The notes under the pieces: model-generated
The model's input: only the letters and a program-made list of their open reading frames with translations
The model's database searches: none
Told to the model about the DNA's origin: nothing
Program-made: the position numbers and the translations under genes
NCBI GenBank assembly: GCA_904063045.1
Contig: CAJFCJ010000085.1
Coordinates: forward strand, 1 to 47,885
DNA from: Dimorphilus gyrociliatus
Lineage: Eukaryota > Animalia > Annelida
Direction: 5' to 3'
Length of the DNA stretch: 47,885 bases
Shown here: piece after piece, positions 23,878 through 38,091 of the stretch
How the letters are laid out: each line of letters begins with the position of its first letter
How positions within the stretch are numbered: position 1 is the first letter of the stretch

Positions 23878-24034
23878 TGCTTAAAGAGCAAAGAGAAGAA
23901 AACTTTACAATCATATTTTCTCATGGAAAATAAACTGGTTGTACTAACATTTAATGAACATTTCATCAACTGCATCATGGAGTGTTTTCTGTCTAAAAAC
24001 AGGAAAAACATTGACAAAAATTTTGTAAAAACTT

Positions 24035-27000
24035 TTAAAAACTCAACCTTTTACATTCTGCGTTTTTTCTCCTTTTATAGAGAATTTGTTGAATATCAGA
24101 AAGTGAATAGAACAATGGATTTAGCATGCTATTTATAGATATCAATATTGAAACAATAATGGAATAGACATCATTACTCATATGAATATCAACAACCAAT
24201 GAAATCAAACCTGTAAAATGCAATTAGTAAAGGCCTATATAAGTGTAATTAGTAACAACACCTAATATTGAAATTGGAAGCCAACAACCAATGTTTGTAA
24301 CAATAATAACAATGACAGTCCTAAATAGTTTCCTTCTAGATTTATCTTGTTTTTTTTCATTATTTTTCATTTTTGAAAAGGAAATTTTAGCGTGACAAAT
24401 AATATTTCCATATAATATGCAAATTAGAACACTAATTAGTAAGGTTGTTAAATTAAAGATTATAAAAGAATAAATCCAGCCATATTGTTTTTCACTTCTA
24501 ATATAAATATTAAAGCATATTGGTGATTTTCCATACACATTCTATGAGAATGGGAACGGAATTAGATCCATACTAATTATTATGAAAATCGGATGTTGAT
24601 GTTTACTGTATACAGCACAAGGGGTAATATTGATGTTAAAAGTACTTGAATGATTGTGAATAGAGCAAGATATCTTTTGTATTTTTTCAGTTGAGATAGT
24701 AAAAATGGAAAGGAAATTGCAATATATCTTTCTCCACTTATTAATAAAAGGCTTTCTGTTGAAAGTAATAAAGAAAAAGTCATAATTGTCCCTAAAAACT
24801 GACAGAATACACTCTGACGCCATTTTAAATCGTTTTCAATATAGTTATTATGATAGAAATTATCAACAATAGCAATTGATAGAATGTAGAATGATGTTAG
24901 AAAATCTGCTATATTTAACATTAACCTAAATAACCTTGACACTGAATGTGTAATTAGAGAAAGAAATATTGAAAGAAGATTAACAATGAAGCCAAGAACT
25001 CCAAAAATACAAAAAAAAAATTTTATTAATTTTGAACTCAACAAATCTGAACAAGTATTGAATAATGACACATTTGGAAGGCATTGAACTTTCCTACCAA
25101 AATATTTCCATACTAAACAACACAATCCATAACTTTTACTTATAATACTTTCAATATTTTCTATATATTTTACAATTCTATCATTTTCATCCAATGGAAA
25201 ATTTGTGTTATTTAAATATAGATTTTTCAATTTAGTAAAAAATTCAAATGATTTCAAACTAATTTCAAAAATATCACAATTCGCAATTTTTAAAATTTCT
25301 AACTTTTTAAAATATCTTAAATTTTCATCTAAATATTTTATTGGATTGTTTGAGATGTCAAGATATGTTAAGAGAGAACATTCCAAATTCCTTATTTCAC
25401 TTATATCCTTTAAAAGATTTTTGGAAATATCCAAATATTGTAGAATTTTTAATTTCAAACTCTTGTTTCTTGGCATTAGAGAATCAATTTCTAAATTATT
25501 TCCATGCAAATCTAATGCTATTAGATTTGGGAATATTGAACATGTTGAAAACAAATAGTATGGATTATTTTGAACAATCAGGTGCATCATGTGATCATTT
25601 ACTGTATCTGTTGAATTTATGTTTAATTTTCCAGAAATTGTAAGTTTTCTTATACTAGAATTTATAGTTATGATATTGAAATCTCCATCGTTTTTACATT
25701 TATATTCATAGTTTGTTAGTTTTTTACACAATCTATGATAAAATGGTTTAATATTGCAAAATAATTCATCACTTCCTTCATAGCAATCTATAATTCCATT
25801 GCAAACTTTTGCAAGTTCAATAGACTTTAATTGGTTTTTGCACTTGAAGTTATGTTTGAAATAGAATTCATCTTGAGAAGATTTGTAAGTTTGATGTTCT
25901 CCTTTTAATATTTGAGTACTACTCACCACAAAACTGTTCATCTTCATTGCTAAAACAATGGTTAATACCATCACAAATCAGTTCAATAGAAATGCAAAAT
26001 TTCTCCTGAATACAAAGAAATTGATTTGTAGAACATTTAACTTTATTACATGTGAAAAAATCATTAAAAGGATAATAAAATCTTGTAGTCATTATTCCAA
26101 GTGAATTGTAGCTTAATTGGCAATCTTCTGGCTGTCTTACAAAGGAAGTGTCATTCAGATCAAACTGAAATAATAAAAGACATTTTGTAATTTTTTTTTT
26201 AACAATAAACACAATAAACATACTTTTTTTGATAGCATTTCTGAACAAATAGTTAAATCTTCATCATAATATCCTGATGGACAATCTTTAAATAGATTAC
26301 ATTGTTTAGATACATGAATACATGAACTTAAACAATTGAATTGAAAATTTTTTCTACAATCTTTTAAATTAACAGAAAAAGAAAAAAATAGTTTTTTTCT
26401 TTAGAATATTAACTCATACCACCATTTTTAAAATAGATATCTATTGCTTCATCCTCATTACATATTTCATCACTGTGGTCAAAACAGTTTCTTTCATTAT
26501 CACATACTCTGGCAGTGCTAACACATTGACCATTATGACATATTCTGGTAAAAAAAATTTGGTTCTCTTGATATATTGGAATAAGAATATAACAATAGTT
26601 CTAATGACCTTTCAGTTAAATCTTGGCATTTATTACCCCTATCTGAAATATTTTGTATCTTTAGCTATTAACTACTGGTTGAATTAACATTTAGTACTCA
26701 CTGCAAAATGATTCATCAGTTTTATCAGGGCAATCATGGTTGAAATCACAAACTAATGTATAGCTTATCATTTTGCTATCTGTTGATGAACACTTGAACA
26801 TTTGGACATTTTCACAATTGAATTCATCTTCATTATCCAAACAATCAGCTTCACCATCACATAAGTAAGCAATATTAATAAAAACCCTACTCTTACTACA
26901 TAGGAATAGACTATGACCTAAATTGCTACTAGAATTGTGGGATATATCCAAATGGATTGATATCTCTTTCAAATTTGAATAAACACTTGATAATTTTACT

Positions 27001-29697
27001 AAAAGAGAAAAAAAACAAAAAAAGGGGAAAATATTCTTTAGAATTTTTAGAATTTGACAATTAATACTGTATTTCTTTTGGCAAATGTAATAGGATTTTC
27101 TAATTTTATTGCAATCTACTCTGCTGATTTCTGTAACTGGATTTTGAAAAAAGAAAAATTTTCCTTTAATGAAATTTTAAACAAAACAAACTTGAATTTT
27201 TATGAGAGACATACTAAAAAATAAACAAATATACAATAATCAATAAATAAAAATGGTAATTGATTAATTAATTAATTAAATATTCAAACTTTTGAAAATT
27301 CAATACATTTGAGTGTTTTAATTCTTTTATCAGGATTATGAAACATGGGAAAATTTCTTGGTCTAAAATACTGTAAATGGATTATGAAAAGATTATTTCA
27401 TTGTTTGTATATTTATGATTTACTATAGGAGCTTCAAATGGATTTTGTGGGTAGAATTCAAAAGGAACTTTTGAAGATGTCACCTCAATGTCTTCACCAT
27501 TCACTTGAACATTTTGTAATTCTGTTAGATGTTGCTTGTAAATAAAGAAATATTTTTGATTTATCATTGATTTTACCATCATATAGTGTAAATTTAAATT
27601 TTTGAAAATTGAATAATGTTATTGTTGCAGAATATCTAAAATAATTACTTAAAATCATTAGAGATTCATGAATATTTTGTGTTGAAATATCTGCTAAAGT
27701 AAGATTATTTCTTTGGCAGTAATCTTTCATTTGTGAAATTGATAGAAATCTTTTGGAAAAGTGAAATATATAACAAATATTATTGATTAAATGACTTCTT
27801 TCATCTTGACAAACTAAAACAAAGGTTTGAATATATAGAAATATTTTTGAATTCTTACCTTTTTTTTAACTCTTACTTTCAGTTGAATTCTTTTTTAAAC
27901 ATTTAATATAATAATTAATGTTTATATTTTCTCTAAAACAAACAAACTGGGTTTGTAAAATTTTTATTACAAAATATAAAATTATTTTTAGAAGAATACA
28001 CTATACATAAATGAATGACCTTGACCCTGGACATACCTGCCGTTTAATTGCATAAAAACAAAACAGTCATTTAGATATTTAGCATTTTGATCACAATATA
28101 AACTATTTATTGGACTTTGCCTTTTTTTCTTGACAATCTCTTTTATTCCTAAATATTTTAAATTCTTAAAACCAAAACTATTGCAAATAATTCTATGTTC
28201 TTGGTAATGAATTAATGTAAAATTTGTCCATTTTCCCTCAAAAATCATTTGTAAATATCCAATAAATAATTCGTAATTTGGAGATTTTTTCTTGTAAAAG
28301 ATTGCCTGATTATAATAATTATTATATAACCGGAAGTTGAAATCTATAGAATGAATAGAAAGTAATTTGAAAAAAGCATTCTTGAATTCCTTTTACCATT
28401 CCTTTGAAGATTTCTACCACAGTTAGGTTCAATTTCAAATAGTGATAAGTTTTGGTTGCTAGTGTAATCACAGTCTATAAATGTTGTTTTCTCAAATGAA
28501 CAATACATGAAAATCTTTAATTTCTGTATAAAATCAATGAAGGCCTATATATATGTATATATATGTAATTTATAATTTTACAGATGGTATATTTGATTTA
28601 ATTCTACAAAGAGAAGGATGACTATCTGCATTAAAATCATTGCAGATGTATTTACACAAGTTCTTTAGGCCTAATAAATTTTTGATAAAGATACGATGGA
28701 CACCAAATGATTTTGATAATACAACATATGAAGGTGAATTTTGTACTTTTGACCTTTAATTGACATTGAAAATTAGCATTAACTGTTTTTAAATATATAT
28801 TCAAGTTGATCATACCCAAGAGGATCATACTCATAATATGCAAATTGAACAAAGCCAGTTGTATTTAACCAATGAAATTTAATATCTGAAAAAATAGAAA
28901 ACTGGATTTTATTTTTAAAAGAAATAATAAGAAATTGGCAACCTTCCAATTGAGAAAATGTACATTTATAAATCATATTCATTTGAGATTTTTTTACAAA
29001 TGTTATTCCAATTTCATTATCAATATTATTCAATTTTACAAAATTTTGAATGAATTTCTTATTAATTTGAAAACTTTTAAAAAATTCTGCCTTTTTGCAT
29101 AAAGTCATTTCTTGTTTTGAATTATTTAAAATTGGATAGAAATTTTCATATTTTTTTAAATATAAATTGAAATTGTTGATACTGATTTTTAATGCAAAGA
29201 GATCTGAAATCAAATTTTTTGTAATAATACCAAAAATTTAATGAATTTGTTTTTGTTTTTACATCCACTAGTATGTTTGAAACATTTTAAACAAGTAGTT
29301 ATTTCATAAATATCCCTTTTTTGAAAGCTTTAAAAAAGAACAGAAAACATATAAAACACTTTTATGAAAGATAATTGGCTAACTCTGAGTAGTGTCCATT
29401 TTCATCATATTTTAAAAATAGTCCATAATAATGTCTTGATATTTTACATGCAAATGAAATGGAATGGATATTATCATATAATGCTTCTTTGCAAATGCTA
29501 TTTGTCAATTTTTTGTTAAATTTTTGAGGAATGATAATATTTGTTCTCTTTTTTGATTTTTGTAGTGCAATCAGTTTTCCAATAATATATGTATTTGTTT
29601 CACTATATGAATAAAATGTTAAATTATATGAAATTCTTCCCCATCCTTCTATTCTGTTAAAGAACATTAGAATAAAAAATTCATGTAACAGATGCAT
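24035..29697 (-). CDS. GRL101-like LDLa-LRR-GPCR (paralog B) with signal peptide, SRCR-like and CTLD-like exons
   Basis: First exon 29362-29697. SRCR-like 27988-28248 (IICNSFGF..LYCDQNAKYLNDC). CTL-like ~27494-27760 (YCQRNNLTLADI). LDLa in 26691-26930, ~26420-26520, ~26240-26330, 25930-26030, ~25760-25860. Intron 25874-25927 (GTGAGT). LRR+TM1-4 24580-25870 (GERY). TM5-6 24224-24538. TM7 NSMLNPLFY. Confidence 0.88.
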
Positions 29698-29788
29698 CTT
29701 TTAACATTTAAGTAAAATTAATTTTGGATTTTCTTATATAGCCTACTTATGTTTATAAGTTATGACATTTTGTCTATTCATGTCAATT

Positions 29789-29807
29789 AGAGAGAGAGAG
29801 AGAGAGA
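29789..29807. repeat. (GA)n microsatellite
   Basis: agagagagagagagagaga. Confidence 0.9.
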
Positions 29808-31084
29808 AATTGAGTAGTTTTCATTGATTGGACTTTATTTTGCTATTATTTTTATTAATTTATACTTTAATAATTTGCAATTATTCATTTGAAAAGTGAC
29901 AGTTCCGCAGTAATTTTATAATATACTTCCAAGATCTTTAGTATAATTTAATTTCTTTCAATATTTGAATCAACTCTTTTATTCTTTATTGAGGTGGAAT
30001 GAAAAATCTTAGATTTAAAATCTCAAAGAAAGATTATTGCTGACAAATTAAGGAGATATGATAAAAGAATACTGGATTATTCTCCTATCTGGATAAACAG
30101 TATTAGTAATAAATGCTCCCTCTAACCTTTTTCTAATGTTTAAAAAAAGGGTGATTAATCAATGTAACATTAAATTGAATACTTTCTTTTTTTGATATGT
30201 AAAGTCAGAGATGTTCTTGTTCATTGATTTTTTTGATGTACACACGCATAGCCTGATTTTTTACATTTGGTGAGAGATTTGGAATTTTACTGGCAAAAAA
30301 TTTCCCGGAAGTAGTTTTGAAAACTCCCTTTCCAATCTTAAATGTTGACAGAATGTTTTGTTTGTTGGATTGATGATAAACTGGTAAAGGTAAATAATTG
30401 ATAAATGTTGCAAAGTACATGTCACTATAATTAAAGGTTAATCGTTTATTTGAGAGTATAGTTTTTGGTTGACTAGAGAATTCTTCTCTCTTGCATTGAA
30501 TATTGCCAATGGTAGAATTATTAACACCATTTTATGAGATAATATCACCTCACTTACAAATGCCCTATTCAAAATATCTTCTTTATTCAATTTATTACTA
30601 TTGTCTAAAATGATTTGCAGTTTTGCAGATTTCTTTCAACATAGCATCATAATCATTTGTGTTCCAAAAATCCACAAATTCTTCTCTCTCACTCCACATA
30701 CCTTTTCATAGATAATGTTCAAATCTCCCGCTCTTTTTAATCTTGACCTTTTGTGAATTGTCTTTATCATTTCATCTATGAACAATTTGTCTTATAACAT
30801 TGAATTTAACACTTTAATATTTTATACAAAATGCCTCTATTGGTTAATAATTGAGTTTGTTTTTGTATTGTTTGGAAAGTAAACAACTATATTAAAAGTA
30901 TTACAATTGACAAACTTTGACAAACAATCAAACAGTGTGTACTTTCCTGCTATGGGGTTGTAGGTAAGTACTGGTCCAAATAGAACCGAATTAGGAGTCA
31001 ACCACTTAGAAGAGATGTAGAATTGAATAAAGATGAATATAGAACCAATTTGTAAGAACAATATAGCTGTATTCTAAAGTAATA

Positions 31085-31600
31085 CTAGACCTGTTCACTA
31101 AGAGGGTTGATTCAGGACTGAATGCCTGTTACTACCTACGCCCTGTCTTATATACAATTCCTTATCAGTTGTTTATGCCATTGGTGTCAACAACAAGGGT
31201 CTAACTCCAGATAAGGGTTGTTCACAACAAACAGGGTCAAGGGTTATCATATTATGCAATAGTGATGTAAACAACAACAACTTTGTGTAGGTAAACCTTT
31301 AAGGGTCAATTGTTACATCATATTTATGTAAATAAACACTTGGTGTTGTTGTCAACATGTTTGGTTATGTAATATCTTATCTTTTGCCTATAAAAGGGCT
31401 TGATTCTGGTAGTTCGGTACTGTCTACCCTAGAGGCAACATCTACTCTACTACTTCTAGCATCATGTGGTAAGTACCATTAATATCATATCTATTATCTA
31501 TAGTTCATAAGTGTACACAGTGAAATAAAGTTTGTATTTTAAAAAGTGTTAAAAATTTTTGAAAAGTACTCAATCCACTTTCAACCCAAAATATCATTCT
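31085..31600 (+). repeat. Possible solo-LTR or repeat remnant
   Basis: Less AT-biased non-coding segment with CTATAAAAG (~31389) and downstream AATAAA (~31525). No convincing TG..CA ends or TSD. Confidence 0.25.
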
Positions 31601-31622
31601 AAAAATTGTGAAAATGACTATA

Positions 31623-33513
31623 CTAAGTGTAATCATGAATATTTTTGTGATAACTGGTTTCTTGGAGAAATGTTGATACTTCGCAAATAATTTCGTTTCC
31701 TTCCCAAAGTTTCATATCTCTTCTTATATCTATGTACTGAATTCTTCCTGTATTGCAGTGATAATCGCATACAATCATAGGACTATAAATAGAATATTCC
31801 TGATCTATCCAATTGCATTGTTGAAGTGAATTTTCACCACAAAGTATCGCGTCTCTTTTGTAAACAAAGAAATCATTGCAATTGATCATCTTTTCTTGAT
31901 TTTTAAACCAAATTGAAACTTTCATCGAACTATTTGCAATCTGATTGAAGGAAATTAAATTTGAATTGATATCATCTGAACAAGTTGTTTTATCATTGTC
32001 AATGATAATTTTGTTAGAAGATGATTTTGATTGGATAAATGAAATAGATTTTGGGTAATCAGTACGAAGTATTGCGTAATCTTTTTGAGGATCACCACCA
32101 CCATAATCGTTGTATAATTTTCCAATGCAAACATTTACAATTGGAAATAATTGGGAGGTGAGTTCAATAAAGCATTTTTTTGTCGAATCAGCTACATTTT
32201 CACAAGAACAAGGTTCATTATCATTTAAAAATACATATTTAAAATTATTCCTAAATTTTAAAGTTCCCAAAACGCTATCAATATTTCCTTGATTACAATA
32301 CAAGATTATTGGTTGATAACGAAGATAAGAGTTAAATTCATTAATCCTTTCGTATTCGATTAGCGTTGACCTAATTTTTCAAAATGGATAATAAAAATTT
32401 ATGAATAATCATAAAAATTAATTTTAATACAGACTGTTTTGGATAAATTGTTAGTTGGACATTGCAAGGATTTGTTGAAAGTGGTGTGTATCTGTAAGAC
32501 GGCGATAGAGATGCCACTAAATTTGTTGTTACAATTTGGTTCGGTGATTTAGGTTCACAGATAAAATATTTTATTGATGGCAAATAGCTAAATGCTTTTA
32601 TCTCGTATATTCCAATAAACTTTCTCTTTTCTATATTAAATATAAATGTCAGCCATTTTGTTTTTAGTTTTGTTAATATTCTTGTTTTAATTGATGCTTT
32701 ATTAACATTTATATTCAGTTGAGTATCTTCGCTTATCAGTTTTATTATGTCAATTTCATTCTCTAATGGTTGATTAATAATTATTTCTTTTATTGTAAAT
32801 GTTTTAAAAGTTTGAATTTTTATGAAAGGTTTAAAATCACTTCCGGTTGGTGTCCATATTTCATCAGTAAATAGTACTGTATCTTTAAAGGCTGCCTTAC
32901 AATTGCCACTTGATGCTGTACAAACTGCTCCAGATTCTACTTTTGCAACATCTTCATACCAAACACTCAGCATATCTGCAATGTAAACATGTCTGAGGGA
33001 AATTGTTTTAGCATCTTTATACCAATCAATACAAGATGAATAGACTTTTATTATGGCCAATATTTGTAATTCACCAATTTCAAGGTTATTATAAGGTGAT
33101 TGATGTAAATACAAAAATAGCTGTCTTGTACTTGAATGATTTTTCAAATCAATTTCATTCCATCCTGTAATGTACTCATGAAAATATTTATCAATTATAT
33201 TTTCTTCATTGATAGTTAATAATTTTAAAGTTTCATTTTTATCTCTTAATTTTAAAATTCGAATTTTTTTAAAATAAACGCTACGTAAACTATATAGATC
33301 AATTTTCAATACAATATTTGTAATATTGCTGATTGTCAAGCTGGTTTGGTAAGAGTTTATTGTTCCATCAAAAATATTTGAAGATGGAAAATCTCCATTA
33401 TGTTTCGGAAATGAACTTTTATACAAATATTTTTCCTCCAAAATATTAGCATAACGTTCAATATAGCAATTTACCATTAAATATAAACTGGTAAACATCC
33501 ATAAAAACAACAT
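31623..33513 (-). CDS. Secreted protein with two discoidin/F5-8 type C-like (galactose-binding-like) domains and a Cys-rich C-terminus; 2 exons
   Basis: Signal MLFLWMFTSLYLMVNC (ATG 33513); PSSNIFDG..LKIDL..IGELQI; CTASSGNCKAAFKD..W..IGIYEIKAF. Second exon opens in frame from ~32370 into ORF 31623-32303 (multiple Cys). Confidence 0.55.
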
Positions 33514-34423
33514 TGTTGATTGAAGGAGAGAGTGAAAATATGAAACGTATAGTTCTTTTTTATAGGTGAATTCTGCTTGTAAATTTTTCAATTTGACCTA
33601 TTCATTAACATTAACTTGACTGAAGAAAAAAATATTACCTGTTTAATGACTTATTTCATCAATTACAGCTATCTAACTTTACTTCACTGTTTTTAAAATC
33701 AGATAAGACCTATTTAGGTCAAAATCTGGAAATATTATTAGTTTGAACTAAGGATTAGTTATCATTACTACTAAAAGAATATTGCAAGTTATTTATAGAC
33801 TTACAAATAGATGAAAAGCTTGAATATGATGTTTATATGTTAAAAAACATTTTTAATATTTTATACAAAATATTTCTCTTTATTAAATAAATCACACATC
33901 TAAGATGAGGATCATTGACTCTAAAACATTAAAATTGATTCAAATGCCAAGTATAAATGTCTTGTTGTCAGCAAATGTTAGACCAGATGATGCAGATAAA
34001 ATTGATGAAATGGAGACACTTCAGAAGAAGATAGGTAAGAGATGTGCAAAAATTCTTTGTAGTTGAACACAAAGTTCGCAAAGAGCTCACCAAAGCAAAA
34101 CAATACATTAGCAATAGATCTTTGTTACATTTCTTTAAAAGTCCAAAATATAAAATCTAATTGAATTTAAGTTCTGTGATTACAAATATAGAATACAAAA
34201 GCTGATTTCTTTAGAAATGAACCAAATCTTGCCTTGACCTTTAATCTTCTCTTTTTCTTATAATACAGATTGTACAAAAAAGATTATCTCAAATAATTTA
34301 AAGTGTATTGAACATCAAACATGTTTTACTCATAAAATTTATGAAAAAAGATTTATAGCTGATTATAAATAATTCAAAAGACCAATTTTAAAATTTACTC
34401 AACAAAATGACAAACCAAGGAAA

Positions 34424-34518
34424 TATTTCAAGTGTAAACTTCAAAATCTCTATTTGACTTTCCATCAAATATGTGATGGAATTATTGATTGTCATAGAGG
34501 AAGTGATGAACTTTTTTT
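34424..34518 (+). pseudogene. Isolated LDLa module relic
   Basis: YFKCKLQNLYLTFHQICDGIIDCHRGSDELF, similar to LDLa-6 of the receptor paralogs (CNGIIDCYEGSDELFC); the last Cys is lost. Confidence 0.65.
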
Positions 34519-34989
34519 AAATATCCAAAATCTATTGAAAAAAATAGATTTTGTAGTTAAACACTTCCTTTTGAAATTGTATGCAAAATGCCAAAAATAA
34601 AATATCTGTTTAATTTTATTAATTTATAAGAGAACTCAGTCTTTAAAATATTATAGATTACTGCTTTGTATTGCAGATTTGATGACCTCACTATGTATCT
34701 TATCACTTGCTATTGTAGATATAAAGTGGAAAGAAAGTTTTTTTTTTACTTTACTTGGAATGCTGATGACAAGTTCACTTCCCGATTTCACTTCTTGGTA
34801 AATATTTTTTGTTTTTTAAATCTGTTTTATCTGTTTTAATTGGACAATATATCCTTCTATTATCCAAAAATAAAATTGAAATATCTCTTAAAAAGAAGGT
34901 TAAATGTCCAAAAATTATAATTTCAAAAGGAGAAAACTCTTTGACTATTTATCCACTTTTCTTTTACTTTTGAATAGTATTTACATTAG

Positions 34990-36200
34990 TTGAGTACAAT
35001 ATTTCTGGATTTGTTTGTCCTGTTAACTCTGAACTGAAGCCTATTGATGGTGCCTTTGCTGACCGTGACAACTGTGGAATTTACTATAATTGTATAAATG
35101 GTATAGCTCATCCTCAACAATGTCCTCCTGGACTTTTATTTACCATCTCCCTAACCAATTGTAAATATAGTATGTGTGTTGAACCACATATGGCTGATTG
35201 TCCAGGAGATGACTCACCAATGACTGCGGAATCTAATGATAGTGTTGAATGTTCAACAGATGTTGATATTGTTAATAAATTAGACAAATTGTGTTATGTG
35301 AGAAACTCTGACTGTGAAGATGGTCAAAATGGAACATTTCCTAACAAGAATGATTGTAGACAATATTATCACTGCTACAATGGTGTTGCTTGGCCCCAAC
35401 AGTGTCCACAAGGTTATTTTTTTAGTCCATCATTGAATATCCAAGATTGCTCAACAAAAGTATGTGTTACAGCTGATGAATCTATGTGCCCAATACCAGG
35501 AGGATGGTCTGAATGGTCTACGTGGAGTGGATGTAATCCAAATTGTGGGGATGGCCTATGAATCTGTGTAAGAAACTGTACAAACCCTCCACCATCCAAT
35601 GGAGGAGCTGATTGTCCAGGAAATTCAGTTGATGTTTTACTATGCTCAAATCCTCCATGCAATTTAAATAAAACCCCAGCTTTTATGGTATCTATAACAA
35701 GATCTACTTCATTACCATTTGGAAGATTGGTGTGAAGTAAAGTAAATCATGACAATGGTGACTTATTCAATACATCTACAAACTCATTAAACATAAAAAA
35801 GAATGGATTGTACTTTTTAGCATCTACTGCAACAACTCCTCTATCTTCAGATAGAGATTTTTTGATGGAAACAAATAGTTTAGGAGCTAGTACTGCTCTC
35901 TTCCAAGATCAAAGTTTCCATAGTGATACTTTTAGCATTGCTGGATTATATTCACTAACTTCTCTCTCAAAACCTTATCAAGAGATTAGACATAGTACTG
36001 AGATTGTTAGCAGTGAAAATGGGTGTCAGACATCTTGGAGTGGTTTTTTTTATGAAACAAACAATGCATTTTTAATTGGAAGACGTAATGACTTTAGCAT
36101 TGTAAATAGTGTCATTCCCCTCACTACTGTTGTTACCTTAAGGGGCGTGGCTTTAAAACACACACGGATTCTGAATTTAATGAGCCAAACAAAATTTTAG
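34990..36200 (+). pseudogene. Mosaic CBM14 (chitin-binding peritrophin-A) x2 - TSP1 - C1q-like exon with two in-frame TGA
   Basis: One frame from acceptor 34989: [122 protein letters not shown]. TGA at 35559 and 35733. Confidence 0.8.
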
Positions 36201-36241
36201 AAAAAGTTAGAGATACAAATATAACAAAGAATACTAATAAA

Positions 36242-36506
36242 GATGAACTCATTTATTCAGCAATTGAAAATCCTATTCCTAAGTATGAATGGAGAATGGT
36301 AGTCAAATTGGTGTTTATCTATATCATCTATATTAAAATTATTACCATTTCTGCAGATACAAACAATTGTATCAATGGATTCAAAACTGGTAATTAAAGA
36401 TGAATGGCAAGGTAAAAATGATTATGAATGTACAGCCTGGAATATTGTGAACTGGAAAAGGAATATATCAACTAAGATAGTATCATTTACAAAGTCAACA
36501 AGTTAG
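36242..36506 (+). pseudogene. C-terminal half of an Ig (I-set-like) domain, two exons
   Basis: SAIENPIPKYEWRM | intron 36299-36356 (GT..CTGCAG) | IQTIVSMDSKLVIKDEWQGKNDYECTAWNIV: P-x-Y-x-W, L-x-I and Y-x-C-x-A-x-N pattern. Confidence 0.5.
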
Positions 36507-36721
36507 TTTAAACAAATTCAAATATATCCATTTTTCAATGAATTCTTTATTATTTTTCTCAGGTGGTTCATCAAAAACAAATGAAATAAATTTATTCTTC
36601 TTTTACTTAATCATTTTATTTTCAATCATTTCTTTACAATTACATAATTTCTTCTTTTATTACAATTGCACTTATTGAGTAGTTTTTAAATTAAAAATTC
36701 AAATATTTAAAAATGAATAAC

Positions 36722-37611
36722 TTAAAGTTTCTTTTCCATTTTGTAACCTCTCTGCAAATGAAAAAAAAGGGAAGAAGCATGAAATGACCCAATATTTAAA
36801 AAAATAAATATTAATAAAATAATATAAAAACCTTGTTGCCAAAAGCAAAGTATTTGTTCATGATAAAAAGTTTTTGGCAAGTAGCCAAAATTTTCGTACA
36901 GTCTTTTACCTTGAAAATTTTCAAGATAAACAAAGAGAAAGATTTTCTGAAAGTAAAGAAAAAAAGGAACATATTTCATTCTGCTATAGAAATTTCTGTT
37001 CTGTTCATCATATTACTAACTCGGAATCCTTTTCTTATTGCTTCTTCATGAGCAGAGTGTAATAGAATTTTACCAACTCCATTACCTCTCAATTCTTTAT
37101 CAACAGCAAATAAATTTAAATGACATTCTCCATCTTCCAATTTCAGCAAATGCTTAGACATTCCAAATTATAGAAAACATTCTAATTTTGTTAAAAGTGA
37201 AAATTCCTTTGCAGCATTATCGTCATTATCTTTAGTGCTAAAAAAATTTTCAATTTTTTAAAAAATTAATATATTTAAATAAAATATAAACTTTGAATAT
37301 TTCATTTCACATATTCCAACTATTTTACCATTTTCTTCAGCAACTAGCACATCTTTAACATCTTTTTTAATACTATTCACCATACTAAGGCAAGCTTTTT
37401 CATCTTTTTCTACATCATTTGTCTTTCCAATAATAAATAGAACATCTTCCATAAAACCTTGAGAAATGACATAATTGATTCCATCCTTGGCCGATTGTTT
37501 TCCATCTCTTACTATTACATTTGAATCATTTACTATTTTTGGTGGTTTTGAAGCCAAATTCTCATCGATATTTAATTTTATTACTTTAACAAACAAATTA
37601 AAAATCCACAT
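36722..37611 (-). CDS. GNAT-family N-acetyltransferase, 3-4 exons, with one in-frame TAA (possible pseudogene)
   Basis: VLVAEENGKIVGICEM | ..LECFL*FG..ECHLNLFAVDKELRGNGVGKILL (motif A) | KIFLFVYLENFQGKRLYENFGY (motif B, after donor CGA|GTTAGT and acceptor tttcag). Confidence 0.75.
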
Positions 37612-38091
37612 GTTTCTATTGAATAAAAAGAAAAATAATATCATCATTTATATTCAATATCCAGTATTATTTTTAATTTTAAAAGTCACGTGTTAAAATA
37701 GAGTGTCTCTTTTTTTTTAAATTTAAATATTACCTAACAAACATGTAATTCATTTGACATATTTTATATAATAAATTATAAATAAGAGAATTCTTTTCCA
37801 ACTGAAGTGTCTTTTTTTTTCAAAGAAATAATACTCAATTCCTACATTCAACTTTAATTTTCACAGTATTTTTACTTTTAGATAAAAGAAAATGATCATT
37901 TCCATCTTTATACAACTTTAATTGACAATAGAAATCTTCATTATTTATATCCCAAATTGCAGTAATTGAACTATTTAATTCAACTATTGCATCAGTAAAG
38001 GTTATAGTAGAAAATGAGCTAATCAGTCTGTCTTTTTCTTTATAACTTCAAAATTTAGAGTAGAGTGGATGAACCTCATAAAATTAAATTT

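Noticed and set aside
28329-30312. ETS-type CCGGAAGT motifs (~28330, ~30304) as promoters
   Set aside because: Short motifs with no associated gene start; one lies inside a receptor intron.
33907-34035. Short open exon MRIIDSK..LQKKI with a GTAAG donor
   Set aside because: No recognisable domain and no downstream exon could be linked.
35559-35735. Selenocysteine or programmed readthrough at the two in-frame TGA codons
   Set aside because: The positions correspond to Arg (TSP1) and probably Trp (C1q), not Cys. Both are single transitions and no SECIS was recognised.
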